Source: an uncultured Acidobacteriota bacterium
GTDB lineage: Bacteria; Acidobacteriota; Thermoanaerobaculia; Multivoradales; UBA5704
DNA: 64,000 bases
NCBI GenBank assembly: GCA_963770895.1
Contig: CAVYRF010000002.1
Location: 1,344,001-1,408,000 of the forward strand
Direction: 5' to 3'
Shown here: piece after piece, positions 45,800 to 57,709 of the stretch
How the letters are laid out: each line of letters begins with the position of its first letter
Position numbering within the stretch: position 1 is the first letter of the stretch
Translations under genes and position numbers: made by a program
Notes under the pieces: model-generated
Seen by the model: the letters and a program-made list of their open reading frames with translations, nothing else
Databases searched by the model: none
What the model was told of the DNA's origin: nothing

Positions 45800-48500
45800 C
45801 GCTCGGTCCCGCGCCGGCCGCCGGAGCGCTCTTCTTGCCTGGCGGGGGAGCATCCAGCGGCAGCGGGCCGCGCCCACCCCCGCCGCCACCGCCACCGCCG
45901 CCGTTGCCGCCCTGCTGGACGTTGATGTGGGCCGGCTGCACCGAGATCGGCAGCACCTGGTGCAGCGAGCTGTCGAGCGCCTGGTGGCCGGCGAAGCCCA
46001 CCAGGGCCGCCCCGGCCTTGAGCGCCTTGAAGGTGACCGTCACCAGGGTGCCGGCGCCGGTGACTCCCGGCTGCTCGCCCAGGCGGCTGGCGCCGATGAC
46101 GACGGCGCCCGGATGGCTGAAGTCGGACAGCACCTCGGCCGTCCCCGTCGCGCCCAGGAACTCGCCGGGCGCCACCTTGGCGACCGCCAGCAGCGTCGGG
46201 TCGAAGCTGAGCGTCAGCGGCAGGTGGGAGATGGCGCGGTCGGCGGACACCTGCACCGCCACGTTGAACTGGTCGCCCGGCCGCACGTTGAGCTGCTGCG
46301 GCAGCAGCCACAGGCGCACCGCCGCGCTCTGTGCGCCGGCAACGTCCTGCTGCTGGTAGGCGGCCTGGCGAACGGACAGGGTGGACGCGCCGGACGCCTT
46401 GGACGCTCCGGCGGGCGACCCGTGCTGGATGAGCGCCGACGACTGCCCGGCACCCGCTCCTTCCACACCGGAGGGCGGCGGCGTGGGCGGCGGTGTCGCC
46501 GGCGCGGTGGGCGTCGCCGGCACCGACGGCTGGAAGATGGTGGAGGGCGTCGTCGATGGCGTCAGGTTGACGCCGGTCGGCGGCGGCGGCGCCACCGGCT
46601 GCTGCGGCTGTCCGGGCGGCGCCCCGGGCCCCGCCTCGCCCTCGTCGGGTTCCTGCTGCAGACCCCGCGGCAGGCGCTGCAGGCGCTGGCGCCCTTCGTC
46701 GGCGGCGCTGCCTTCGTTGCCCTCGAACGGTCCCTCGGTCTCGGACTCGGCGCGCGGGCTGCCGCCGCGGAAGGTGACGTTGGCCTCGGTGCCGACCCAG
46801 ATCGGCAGCAGGTCTTCTTCGGTGATCTCGGCGTTGCGGATGATGTGCGGCGTCAGCGTCAGCACCACGTCGGTGTGCGCGTTCTGGTGGTTCTTGTCCG
46901 AGAACAGGCGCCCGATCACCGGCAGGTCGGAAAGCCCGGGGATGCCCTGGTCGCTGGTCGAATCGTCGTCGCGGATGAGGCCGGCCAGGAAGTTGGTTTC
47001 GCCGTCCTTCAAACGGATGGTCGAGTCGAAGGAGCGGGTGCCGATCGTCGGCTGCGAGGTGCCGTTGGAGACGATGTTGGCGCCCAGGTTGCTCACCTCG
47101 ATCTTGACCTTGAGCGTCACCTCCTGGTTGTGGTGAACGCGCGGCTCGATCTCGATCTTGACGCCGACGTCCTGGTATTGGAACGAGGTGACCGGCACGA
47201 TCGAGCTGCCCACCGTGTTCGAGGTGTTGAAGGTGGTCAGCGGGATCGGCACCTTGTCGCCGATGATGAGGTTTGCCTTCTGCCCTTCGGTGATGCGCAG
47301 CTGCGGTTTGGCGAGCAGCCGCGCCTCGCTGTTCTGCTTGATGAAGTTGTAGACGAAGCTGGGGATGTTGAGGATCCAGTTGCTCTGGTTGAGGTACGGG
47401 ATGTTGGACACGCGCAGCGGCGAGCTGGTCGACGACGTGGTGGCGGCCGCGCCGGTCGCGGTGCCGGAGGTGCTGGTGGCGGCGCCGATCGAGCCGGTGT
47501 CCAGCTGCTGGCCGATCGAATATTGCGACAGCGCGATGCCCAGGTCGCTCAGCTTGGTGGTGTCGATCTGCAGCAGCTCGACGTCCACCACCACCTCGGC
47601 CTTGGCCTTGTCGTTGGTCTCGATGATCTTTTCGGCCACCTTCACCTTGTCGGCGGTGTCGCGCAGGATGATGGCGTTGAGCTGCTCGTTGGTGGCGATC
47701 TTCTTGGCGTCGATCAGGCTGCGCAGGATCTGCGTCATGTCCTTCACTTCGGCGTTCGAAAGATAGAACGTCTGGATGACCAGGTCTTCGTAGGTGCGGC
47801 GGTTTTGCGGCGTGTCGGCGGCGATCAGGATGGTGTGCTCGTCGATCACCTTGTAGAAGTGGCCGGCGGCATGCATCAAGGTTTCGAGCGCCGACTGCGC
47901 CGTCACGTCCTTGAGGTCGATGGCGATGTCCTGATCCTTCAGGTTGGGATCGAACAGCACGTTGATGCCGAAGGCCTGGCCCAGCGCGCGGTAGATCTGG
48001 AAGATCGACACCGCCTGCGGGAACTCGAGCGAGATCGGCTGATCGGATCGCGGATTGAGCATCGGCGGCTGCGGCCGTGCGCCGCGCGCCCGTATCTTCA
48101 TCTGCTCGATCGTCTCGGCGGGCCGGTTCAGGCGTTGCAAGGCGATGGCGCGGCGGACGTGCTCCAGCTGCGCTTCGGCGTACTGGTTGGTGGGGTCCAG
48201 CTGCGTCGCCTGCTGGTACTCGACCAGCGCCCGCTCCAGGACGTTCGCCTTTTCGAACTGCTTGCCTTTTTCGAAATGGCTTTCGGAGGCCTTCATCTTG
48301 GCGCGCAGCAAGGCGGCCTGATACTTGATATTGCCGGGGTCGTTGCTCAAGGCGTCCATATACCTGAGCACGGCCTCGTCCCATTGCCCATCCGTTTCCA
48401 GCTGTTCCGCCTTGCGGTAGCTGGCATTGGCGGCACAGCCCAGCGCCACCGACGCCGAGATGAGCAGCAGGATGAGAAGCCGCAGATATGGTTTACGCAT
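45792..48500 (-). CDS. Secretin (GspD-like lipoprotein) with N-terminal TPR-like helices and C-terminal cohesin-like domain
   Basis: ALGC lipobox, YQDVGVKIEIEP, IPGLSDLPVIGRLFS, LTLTPHII; C-terminal LSFDP...VTVTFKA beta-sandwich. Confidence 0.92.
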   Translation of the reverse strand: MRKPYLRLLILLLISASVALGCAANASYRKAEQLETDGQWDEAVLRYMDALSNDPGNIKYQAALLRAKMKASESHFEKGKQFEKANVLERALVEYQQATQLDPTNQYAEAQLEHVRRAIALQRLNRPAETIEQMKIRARGARPQPPMLNPRSDQPISLEFPQAVSIFQIYRALGQAFGINVLFDPNLKDQDIAIDLKDVTAQSALETLMHAAGHFYKVIDEHTILIAADTPQNRRTYEDLVIQTFYLSNAEVKDMTQILRSLIDAKKIATNEQLNAIILRDTADKVKVAEKIIETNDKAKAEVVVDVELLQIDTTKLSDLGIALSQYSIGQQLDTGSIGAATSTSGTATGAAATTSSTSSPLRVSNIPYLNQSNWILNIPSFVYNFIKQNSEARLLAKPQLRITEGQKANLIIGDKVPIPLTTFNTSNTVGSSIVPVTSFQYQDVGVKIEIEPRVHHNQEVTLKVKIEVSNLGANIVSNGTSQPTIGTRSFDSTIRLKDGETNFLAGLIRDDDSTSDQGIPGLSDLPVIGRLFSDKNHQNAHTDVVLTLTPHIIRNAEITEEDLLPIWVGTEANVTFRGGSPRAESETEGPFEGNEGSAADEGRQRLQRLPRGLQQEPDEGEAGPGAPPGQPQQPVAPPPPTGVNLTPSTTPSTIFQPSVPATPTAPATPPPTPPPSGVEGAGAGQSSALIQHGSPAGASKASGASTLSVRQAAYQQQDVAGAQSAAVRLWLLPQQLNVRPGDQFNVAVQVSADRAISHLPLTLSFDPTLLAVAKVAPGEFLGATGTAEVLSDFSHPGAVVIGASRLGEQPGVTGAGTLVTVTFKALKAGAALVGFAGHQALDSSLHQVLPISVQPAHINVQQGGNGGGGGGGGGGRGPLPLDAPPPGKKSAPAAGAGPSDG

Positions 48501-48550
48501 CTTGACAAGTTCCTCCGTTCTACACGATCGCTTGGCTTCGGGCCCGAGCG

Positions 48551-49219
48551 CTACTTCTTGACCACCGCCAGCCGCTGCGCCGGCCAATCAGGAAAACCGA
48601 CAAAACGGATGTCCACCGATTCGTAGCCGATCTGGGCGACGATGAACTTGCCGCCGATGACTTCGCCTTCGCGGGCGTTGTATACCTTGTCGCCATCGAG
48701 AAAAACCGCGATCCGCCGGCCTGCCGGACCGAAGTGGCCCATGTAGGACCAGGTGAACGGCGGCGGCTTGGGCTTGGCCTGCTCGATGGCGACCTTTGCC
48801 GCCATCTCACGCAGCATGCGCTGGCGCGCCGCCTCCGCCTCTTCCATCGCCCGCAGCTCCGCCGCCGACGGCTTGTGCGGCACGGGCGGCGGCGGCGGCG
48901 GCGGTTCGACGAAGCGCCACGGGTCGCGCCCACCGGTGAAGTTGCGCGGGGTGAAATTCAGATCGGCGATGCGCAGCGGGACGATGGTGCGCACGTCCTT
49001 GTCGCTCGCGCGGCCGTTGACCGCCCGCACCGCGCGCGGCTGCGCCTGACCGCCGCCGGCGCCGCCGCCGATACCGACGTCACCGTCGGCGCCGGCGCCG
49101 CTGCCTGCCGTCCGCGCCGCCGGCGGCGGAGCGCTCTCATCGCTCGGCACCAGGTAGTGCCAGGCCAGGATCAGCACCAGGAGCCCCAGCACGATCGCCA
49201 GCGCTTTTTGCCGGTTCAC
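48551..49219 (-). CDS. PilP/GspC-like accessory protein
   Basis: N-terminal TM helix, RDPWRF, REGEVIGGKF; position between pilO-like and secretin genes. Confidence 0.65.
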   Translation of the reverse strand: MNRQKALAIVLGLLVLILAWHYLVPSDESAPPPAARTAGSGAGADGDVGIGGGAGGGQAQPRAVRAVNGRASDKDVRTIVPLRIADLNFTPRNFTGGRDPWRFVEPPPPPPPVPHKPSAAELRAMEEAEAARQRMLREMAAKVAIEQAKPKPPPFTWSYMGHFGPAGRRIAVFLDGDKVYNAREGEVIGGKFIVAQIGYESVDIRFVGFPDWPAQRLAVVKK

Positions 49220-50022
49220 GGCTGCTGCCTCCCGCGCGGCGTCACCGTGCTGCCCGGCAGCGGCGCAAAGGCGTCCTGCGATTCGTCCCGCGCCGCGAAC
49301 AGCGTCGACAGCGTGAGGTTCATGTGGAGCGGCGCTCCCGGCGCTGACGGCGCGGCGGCGCCGCCGCCGCCGCCGGCGGGTACTCCAGGCGGCGCCAGAC
49401 TGGCGCCGGGGATGCCCACGCCGTGGAAGGCGGTGGCGCCCGGAGGAGCGCCGGCGCTGCCGGGAACCCCGAAGGCGCCGGGGCGGCCGCCCGCGCCGCC
49501 CGCCGTCGCGCGCCGCTGGTTTTCTTCGGCGAGCGAGACGCTTTCCAGGGTCAGGAAGGACTCCGACAGCTCCAGCAGGTTGACGAACTTGCGCAGGTCG
49601 GCGTAGCTGCCTTCGACGGAAAAGATGAACGAGCGCTTGATCAGCCCGTACTGCTGGATCTGCTCTTCGGGGTAGTTGATCGAGCGCGGCGTCAGCCCGG
49701 CGCGGGTGGCGAGCATCCGCACCTCCGCCGTCACCCCGGTCAGGCGCCGGCGGCGGGTCGAAAAATGGTCGTCGTAGAGCTGCAGGATGCCCTGCCGGTT
49801 GACCTTCGCCTGGCGCAGCAGGTCGTTCTGCTGCGCGAACTCGGCACGGGCGTCGGCGAGCTGGCGAGTCTGGTCGGCCAGCTCGCCGCGCAGGGTCGTG
49901 ACGCGATCGGCGTAGCCGACCTTGTAGATCAGGAACCCGAAGCCGTTGAGCACCAGGAAGGCCAGGGCGACGGCCCACACCCACACCCGCTGGCGCCAGA
50001 TCTCCAGCTGCGGGCCGGTCAT
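49216..50022 (-). CDS. PilO/GspM-like protein
   Basis: TM helix, coiled coil, VEGSYADLRKFVNLLE. Confidence 0.8.
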   Translation of the reverse strand: MTGPQLEIWRQRVWVWAVALAFLVLNGFGFLIYKVGYADRVTTLRGELADQTRQLADARAEFAQQNDLLRQAKVNRQGILQLYDDHFSTRRRRLTGVTAEVRMLATRAGLTPRSINYPEEQIQQYGLIKRSFIFSVEGSYADLRKFVNLLELSESFLTLESVSLAEENQRRATAGGAGGRPGAFGVPGSAGAPPGATAFHGVGIPGASLAPPGVPAGGGGGAAAPSAPGAPLHMNLTLSTLFAARDESQDAFAPLPGSTVTPRGRQQP

Positions 50023-51134
50023 CGCCTGCCTCCGGGAGGTGCCGGCGGGGGAGGGCCGGCCGGGCGGCGCGTGGTTGGCGTCGAGGGCGTCGGCGCAAAG
50101 CTCTTGCTGCCGGGCGGGGCGACCCGCACCAGCCCGGCGCCGGCCGGCGAAGCCGGCCGCGTCGTCGGGGGGAGCGGCAGCGGCGCGTCGGCGTCGGGCG
50201 TCGCCGCGCCATCGGCGGCATCGGCGCCGCCAGCGCCGGCGGAATCGCGCTTCGCCTTCGCTGTCGCCTTGCCGGCCCCGGCCGCGCCCGGCATCGCCGC
50301 CGCCGCCAGCGGCGAGGCGGGTTGGTACTGCACGTTGAGATCGAACTTCACCAGCCCGTTGTCCATCTGCGATTCACTGAGCAAGTTCGGCTCCGCGAAG
50401 GCCGGATGCGCGAACAAGTTGTCTACGAACCGCAGCAGCGCTTCGTCATTTTTTGCCTCGCAGCTCATCGCCAGCACGACCGGCTGGCGGCGCTGCTCGC
50501 GTCCGGCGCGCAAGGCCGCGTCGAAGTCCTTCTGCACCACGTTGGAGGGGGTCAGGTGCAGCAGCCGCACCCCGTCGGGCAGCACTTGGGCAAGGCGATC
50601 GAACAGCAGGCTCCACGAGAACGTGCGCTCGGCGATGACGTGGTTGAGGAACAGCGCCATGCGGTTCTGCTGCTCCAGGTTCAAGGTGCCGATGCGGGTG
50701 TCCAGCCTGGCGATGCTGCCCCTTTGCACTTCGACCTGCTCACGCATCTGGGCGAGCTTGGCGCGGGTCTCGCGCGAGCTGTTCAGGTAGCCCACGAACA
50801 AGACCACGTTGGCGGTCAGCAGCAGCACGCCCAACGCCCACAGGATCACCGCCACCCGCACCACCGGCCGGGTGTTGATGAACGGGCGGCTGGCCAGGTT
50901 GAGCGACTGCCGTTCGTCGTCGGCCAGCGGCGCCGCCGCGGACCCGCCGCTGGGAAGGCCGCCCAGGGAGACGCCGCCCAGCCCCGCGGCCGGCGCCGCC
51001 TGCCGGCCGAGCGCGTCCAGATCGGGCGGCGACACGGATTCGCCACCCTGCCAGGCGGTGGCCGTGCCGGCGAGCGGCGCGACGCCGTCGCCGGCCGGGC
51101 GCGGGCGGGGTCCTTCGTAAGGCGGCAGCGTCAT
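50019..51134 (-). CDS. PilN-like protein
   Basis: LNLASRPF, TM helix, coiled coil, WSLLFDRLAQVLPDGVRL. Confidence 0.82.
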   Translation of the reverse strand: MTLPPYEGPRPRPAGDGVAPLAGTATAWQGGESVSPPDLDALGRQAAPAAGLGGVSLGGLPSGGSAAAPLADDERQSLNLASRPFINTRPVVRVAVILWALGVLLLTANVVLFVGYLNSSRETRAKLAQMREQVEVQRGSIARLDTRIGTLNLEQQNRMALFLNHVIAERTFSWSLLFDRLAQVLPDGVRLLHLTPSNVVQKDFDAALRAGREQRRQPVVLAMSCEAKNDEALLRFVDNLFAHPAFAEPNLLSESQMDNGLVKFDLNVQYQPASPLAAAAMPGAAGAGKATAKAKRDSAGAGGADAADGAATPDADAPLPLPPTTRPASPAGAGLVRVAPPGSKSFAPTPSTPTTRRPAGPPPPAPPGGRR

Positions 51135-52079
51135 GCGACCATCCGGCGCGCGGCGCCGACCATCGGCGCCAGGTCCCGCCACGGCACCAGCACGCTGCCG
51201 TCGCGCAGCGGCGGCAGCAGGCGGCCGTCGACCACTTCGGGCCGCTGCCCAAGGCCCTGTTCCAGCCGGTCCAGCCACAGCCGTTCGAGCGGCGGCGGCG
51301 CCAGCAGCAGGACGCTGTCGAGCGCCGCGCCGGAGAAGTTTTCGTCCAGGAAGTTGCGCGTCATGCGCAGATCACGCACCACGGAGCCGCCCGGATTGCT
51401 GTCGCCGGCGGCGCCCAACCCCTTGTAGCGATGCAGTACGGGCTCGCCGTGGTTGGCCAGGATCAGGCTGTAGCCGTCCTCTTCGACCAGCATCAGCGCC
51501 AGGAACGAGCGGCCGCGCGTCGGCTCCAGGGCGTCCAGCACCGAAAGGCTGACGTTCGAGATATGTCCCAGGCGCACCCCTTGCGCGGCGAAGGCCTCCT
51601 CCAGCTGGGTCAGCAGCGCCTCGACGGCGAACCCCATGAGCAGGCGGCGCGGCTCGGTCTGGCCGGCGATCGGCGACACCTCCGCGGCACCGATCCGCAC
51701 TTCGTCGACGCGAAAGGGCACCAGGCGGCGCAGCTTCCAACGCAACACCTCGTCGCGCGCCGCGGCGGCCCTGGGCAGCTCGCCGCTTTCGGCGTAGGCC
51801 ACCCGCAGCCAGGCGTCGGGGAGCACCAGCGACGCCTCGCGCACGCCGCCCGGCACGCCCTCGACGAGCGCCCCCACCAGCTCGCGGAAGGCGCCCACGG
51901 AGCGCAGCGGACCACCCAGCAGCCCCTGCTGGAACGCCTCGTTGGGCAGCGCCAGCTGGCGCAGCTCGCGCACCTTGAGCCCCTGGCGATCGAGCGTCAG
52001 GTGCCCGTAGCGCAGCCGGCCGTCGCCCAGGGCGAAGACGTGCGGCGGCGACGGCAGCGGCGTGAAGCCGAGCAGCCGC

Positions 52080-53735
<1,656 letters not shown>

Positions 53736-53787
53736 CGGTCTGTGCTCCTTCTGCTCATGCCAGCCCCTCTGGCGTACGCGGCGCGCA

Positions 53788-55005
53788 TCAGAACTTGCTC
53801 TGCCCCAGGGCGCTGACCAGCGGCAGATAGATGGCGATCAGGATCATGGCGACGATGATCCCCATGAACACCAACATCAGCGGCTCGATCAGCTGGAGGA
53901 TGCGCGCCATGCGGGTTTCGATCTGCTCGTCCAGGAAGTCGGCGACGCTGGTCAGCATTTCGTCCAGCGCGCCGGTGGCCTCGCCGACCTTCACCATGTC
54001 CACCGACATCTCGATGAAGACGCCGCTGCGCTCCAGCGCCTCGTGAAAGGGCTTGCCCTCGCGCACCATCTGGATCTGCGGCTCGATGGCGCCGCGCACC
54101 TTCAGGTTGCCCACCGCGCCGGTGGCGATCTCCAGCGCCGGCACCAGGGGCATGCCGCCCGACAGCAGGGTGGCCAGCGAGCGGCAGAACTCGGTGAGCG
54201 CGAAGCGGTGCAGCACCGGGCCGATGAAGGGCAGCTTCAGCTTGATCTTGTCGAGCCCCAGGCGTCCAGCCTCGGTGCGCTGCCAGGTGCGGAAGCTCCA
54301 CCAGGCCGCGACGGCGCCCAGGGCCAGCCACAGCACGTTGCGCTGGGCGAAGGTGGAAACGGCGATCAGCGCGCGCGTCATGAACGGCAGGTCGACTTCC
54401 AGGTTCTCGAAGAAGACCGTGATCTTCGGCACCACGTAGATCATCATCACGGTGATCATGGCGATCGACAGGCACACCAGGACCACCGGGTAGATCAACG
54501 CCGAGATCACCCGCCGGCGCGAATCCAGCACCAGCTTCATGTACTTGATGAAGCGGCGCAGCACCGCTTCCAGCTCGCCGCTCTTTTCGCCCGCCTTGAG
54601 CGTCGCCGGGAAGAGGCGCGGGAACAGCTCGCCGTGGGCGGCAAAGGCGCTGGACAGGTCCTCGCCGGCCTTGACGCGGTCGCGCACGTCGGTCAGGACC
54701 GCCTTGAAGTGCTGGTTCTGCATCCGCTCCAGCATCAGGTCGAGCGCCTGCAGCAGCGGCAGGCCCGCCTTGAGCAGCGCCGCCAGCTCCTGGGTGAAGA
54801 CCATGAACGCCTGCACCGGGATGCTCTTGCGGCGACGCCCGGGGCCGGACGCCCCAAGGCGGCGCGGCAGGCCGCGGCGGCGCACCTCGAAAACGTGCAG
54901 GCCGAGCTTGGCCAGCTCGCTCATCAGCGCCGTTTCGTCGCTGGCCACGAAGCTCTGCTCCAGCACGCGGCCATCGGGGGTCCCCACTCTGCATTCGAAC
55001 TGCAT
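53788..55005 (-). CDS. GspF/PilC platform protein
   Basis: AGEKSGEL, ALIYP, VGEATGAL, LIEP. Confidence 0.95.
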   Translation of the reverse strand: MQFECRVGTPDGRVLEQSFVASDETALMSELAKLGLHVFEVRRRGLPRRLGASGPGRRRKSIPVQAFMVFTQELAALLKAGLPLLQALDLMLERMQNQHFKAVLTDVRDRVKAGEDLSSAFAAHGELFPRLFPATLKAGEKSGELEAVLRRFIKYMKLVLDSRRRVISALIYPVVLVCLSIAMITVMMIYVVPKITVFFENLEVDLPFMTRALIAVSTFAQRNVLWLALGAVAAWWSFRTWQRTEAGRLGLDKIKLKLPFIGPVLHRFALTEFCRSLATLLSGGMPLVPALEIATGAVGNLKVRGAIEPQIQMVREGKPFHEALERSGVFIEMSVDMVKVGEATGALDEMLTSVADFLDEQIETRMARILQLIEPLMLVFMGIIVAMILIAIYLPLVSALGQSKF

Positions 55006-55023
55006 GATCTGCCTTCCTGATGG

Positions 55024-55791
55024 CTACGGCTCGGGGTGCGGCCGCGGATCGCCCTTGTGCGCCGTCACCACGATGATCAGGGCGTCGCGGCTGCCTTCGC
55101 TGCGCGCCAGGCCCAGGCTCATGGTCTGGTCCAGGCCCAGGTTGAGGTTGGTATGGACCAGGGGCACCGGGGGCACGGCGCCGTGGCGGCTGCCGATGTG
55201 ATGGTCGACTTCGAAATCGGACAGCTTGACGTGGTGCGGGTCGACCAGGGTGCCGATGCGGAAGCTGACCGCGTAGTCCTCTCCCAGGTCGTAGGCGACC
55301 GCCTGCCCCTCCTCGGAGGAGAGCTGGGCCTGGGCCTGCATTTCGTAGCTCTCGTAGGGCAGCAGCTGGCGCAGGCGCCGGGTCAGCGCCTCGGGCAGGT
55401 CCGAGTGGAAGACCGGCGGCGACACCGCGGCGCGGCTGGCGCGCACGATCAGAATCTCCACCCGCACCGGCTGGGCGGGATGGTCGAAGGCGCGCAGCAC
55501 CGGCACGATGCGGGCGAGCGCCGTCTGGGTGTCGCGGATCACCAGGGTGTTGCCGCTGGGCTGCAGCTCCAGCGCGCCGCGCGCCGACAGCAGCGGCTGG
55601 ATCAGCGGGATGGCCTCGATCGCGTGCTGGTAGCGCAGGGTGTAGGCGTGCAGCACCAGCGCTTCGTCCGCCGACACCACCGCCGTAGCTGGAAGGCAGG
55701 TCCAGAAGACGATCGCGACGATCGCGGCGAGGCGGCGCACGGGTACCATCAGAAAACTCGGAAGTTTAGCGCGTTGCAGGGTCCAGCTCAA
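55024..55791 (-). CDS. Exported protein with a secretin-N (NolW-like) domain
   Basis: YTLRY...LIQPLLS..G..NTLVIRD resembles a secretin N-domain; signal peptide. Confidence 0.6.
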   Translation of the reverse strand: MSWTLQRAKLPSFLMVPVRRLAAIVAIVFWTCLPATAVVSADEALVLHAYTLRYQHAIEAIPLIQPLLSARGALELQPSGNTLVIRDTQTALARIVPVLRAFDHPAQPVRVEILIVRASRAAVSPPVFHSDLPEALTRRLRQLLPYESYEMQAQAQLSSEEGQAVAYDLGEDYAVSFRIGTLVDPHHVKLSDFEVDHHIGSRHGAVPPVPLVHTNLNLGLDQTMSLGLARSEGSRDALIIVVTAHKGDPRPHPEP

Positions 55792-55892
55792 AGGACGAAC
55801 GCCACCAGCGGCCGGAGCTCCCAGGCTCCTGCGGGCGGTGGCAGCGGTGCGCGCGGCTGGAGCGGGATGATCTGCGGTCCTGACGCACCCGC

Positions 55893-56543
55893 TCAGACAT
55901 CGAGCTTCTCATCCACGATCATCACCACAGACATCTGCGGCCCGTCGATCTGGTACACCCGCGCGCCGGGACGGCTGAGGCCCTCGATGGAGGAGCGATC
56001 CGCCGCCGGGATCGCCGGCATTGCCGGGATCGCCGCGTTGGGGGCCGGACCGGCGGCGTGCGCCCAGCCGAACGACCTGGGCTGCGCCGCAAGGCTGGCG
56101 GGGGTGGCGCCGCCGGAGTCCAGAGCCCGCAGCGCCGGTGCCAGGGTGCCACCACTCCCCAGGGGATGCCAGGTGCGGTCGGAGCCGCACAGCAGCGCCA
56201 GGGCGGTCAGGCTGGCGGCCAGCGCCCAGCGCTTGGCGCCGTGAAAGGCGTGGTGGTCCCTGCCGCTGGTGGCGAGCGAAGCCAGGGCGCCGCGGACGGG
56301 GTGCGGGCGGTTGCGGCTCGCGGTGCGCATCGCGGCCACGGCCAGCCGGGCAGCCGCCACTTCGTCCGCCTCTGCCGCCGGGCTCAGCACCGCCCCCGGC
56401 AGGCGCCGGAAGATCAAGGTCGGGTCGGCGGCCAGCGCCTGCTGCCAGCATGCCTTGCAGCCGCTGTCGAGGTGGCCCAGGGCCGCCTGCCAGCGCGCCG
56501 CGTCCAGGTCGGGGTCGAGATGGCGCCAATCGGGGCAGCTCAT
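55893..56543 (-). CDS. Putative anti-sigma factor
   Basis: HLDSGCKAC zinc motif, TM segment, ATGA overlap with the sigma gene. Confidence 0.7.
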   Translation of the reverse strand: MSCPDWRHLDPDLDAARWQAALGHLDSGCKACWQQALAADPTLIFRRLPGAVLSPAAEADEVAAARLAVAAMRTASRNRPHPVRGALASLATSGRDHHAFHGAKRWALAASLTALALLCGSDRTWHPLGSGGTLAPALRALDSGGATPASLAAQPRSFGWAHAAGPAPNAAIPAMPAIPAADRSSIEGLSRPGARVYQIDGPQMSVVMIVDEKLDV

Positions 56544-57226
56544 GGCAGCTCCTGGCCGGCCCCCGGCAGCGGCTCGGCGCCGGCGCCCAGGGTCGTCATC
56601 GCCCCCGCGTATTCGGGGTAGCGCCGCAACAGCTCGGTGCGCAGAGACTTGCGGGCGTTGAACAGGTGGTTGCGCACGGTCGATTCGCGGCATCCCACGA
56701 TCGCCGCCACTTCGGGCGACGACAGGCCTTCGATCTCGCGCAGCAGGAACACCATGCGCTGCTTTTCAGACAACGACGCCGCCAGCTCGCGGAAGATCGT
56801 CGCCACCTCGCCCTGCTGCAGGCGGGACAGGTCGCGATGGGCGCGGCCGTCCGCCACCTGGCGCAGGTGCTGGCGCACCGGCTCCTGAATCCGCTCGCGG
56901 CTGCGCCGCGCCCGCAGGTGGTCGATCGCAAGGTTGCTGGCGATGCGGTAGATCCAAGTGTTGGGGCTCCATCGCTCGTCGAATTTGCGCCGGTTTTCCC
57001 ACACCTTGAAGAAGGTCACCTGCACCACGTCGCGCGCTTCTTCCATGTCGCCAAGGATGCGGGATACCAGTTGGAGCAACGGCTTGGTCTTGCGGCCGAT
57101 CAGCTCGTCGAGCGCCTGTTCGCTGCCCTCCCGCAGGGAGAGCAACAGATCACGGTCAGAGAGCTCAGCCCACTCGGACTGGGCGGGTCGCGACGATCGG
57201 CTGCGAGAGTAGACGAGTTCGAGCAT
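56540..57226 (-). CDS. ECF RNA polymerase sigma factor (alternative upstream start at 57568)
   Basis: EEARDVVQVTF, WIYRIASNLAIDHLR, EGLSSPEVA...TVRNHLFNAR. Confidence 0.93.
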   Translation of the reverse strand: MLELVYSRSRSSRPAQSEWAELSDRDLLLSLREGSEQALDELIGRKTKPLLQLVSRILGDMEEARDVVQVTFFKVWENRRKFDERWSPNTWIYRIASNLAIDHLRARRSRERIQEPVRQHLRQVADGRAHRDLSRLQQGEVATIFRELAASLSEKQRMVFLLREIEGLSSPEVAAIVGCRESTVRNHLFNARKSLRTELLRRYPEYAGAMTTLGAGAEPLPGAGQELP

Positions 57227-57588
57227 ATCACCACGGTATACGGGCCGCCCTCGCGGAGCGTCTAGCAGCTCATCCTGGGAGGTCAGCACGGACGACAACA
57301 ACGCTTCTGCCTGCAGATCCGCGCCGGCGATCCCGCCGCCGCCGCAATCGCCCACCAGGCCCGGATCGCCCGGATCTCCCACCAGGCCCGGATCACCCGG
57401 ATCGCCGGTCTGGTCGGGATCGCCCGGATCGCCCGCCTGGCCGGGATCGCCGGGATCGCCGGCCGGGGCAGGATGCGCCGCCGCCGCGCGATCGGCGGGC
57501 TCGCCAGGCGCGCGGTCCTGGCCGGGAGCCATGCTCAAGGAGCGAAAGAGGTTCGGTCGAAAGCGCATTGCCGCCACATCCAGCCGGT

Positions 57589-57686
57589 CCGGGGTCCGGG
57601 TTCCGGGGTCCGGGGTCCGGGGTCCGGGGTCCGGGGTCCGGGGTCCGGGGTCCGGGGTCCGGGGTCCGGGGTCCGGGGTCCGGGGT
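57589..57686. repeat. Heptamer tandem repeat (CCGGGGT)x14
   Basis: 14 consecutive units; the second is the variant CCGGGTT. Confidence 0.97.
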
Positions 57687-57709
57687 GGGCCATTATACTT
57701 CGTCGCCGG

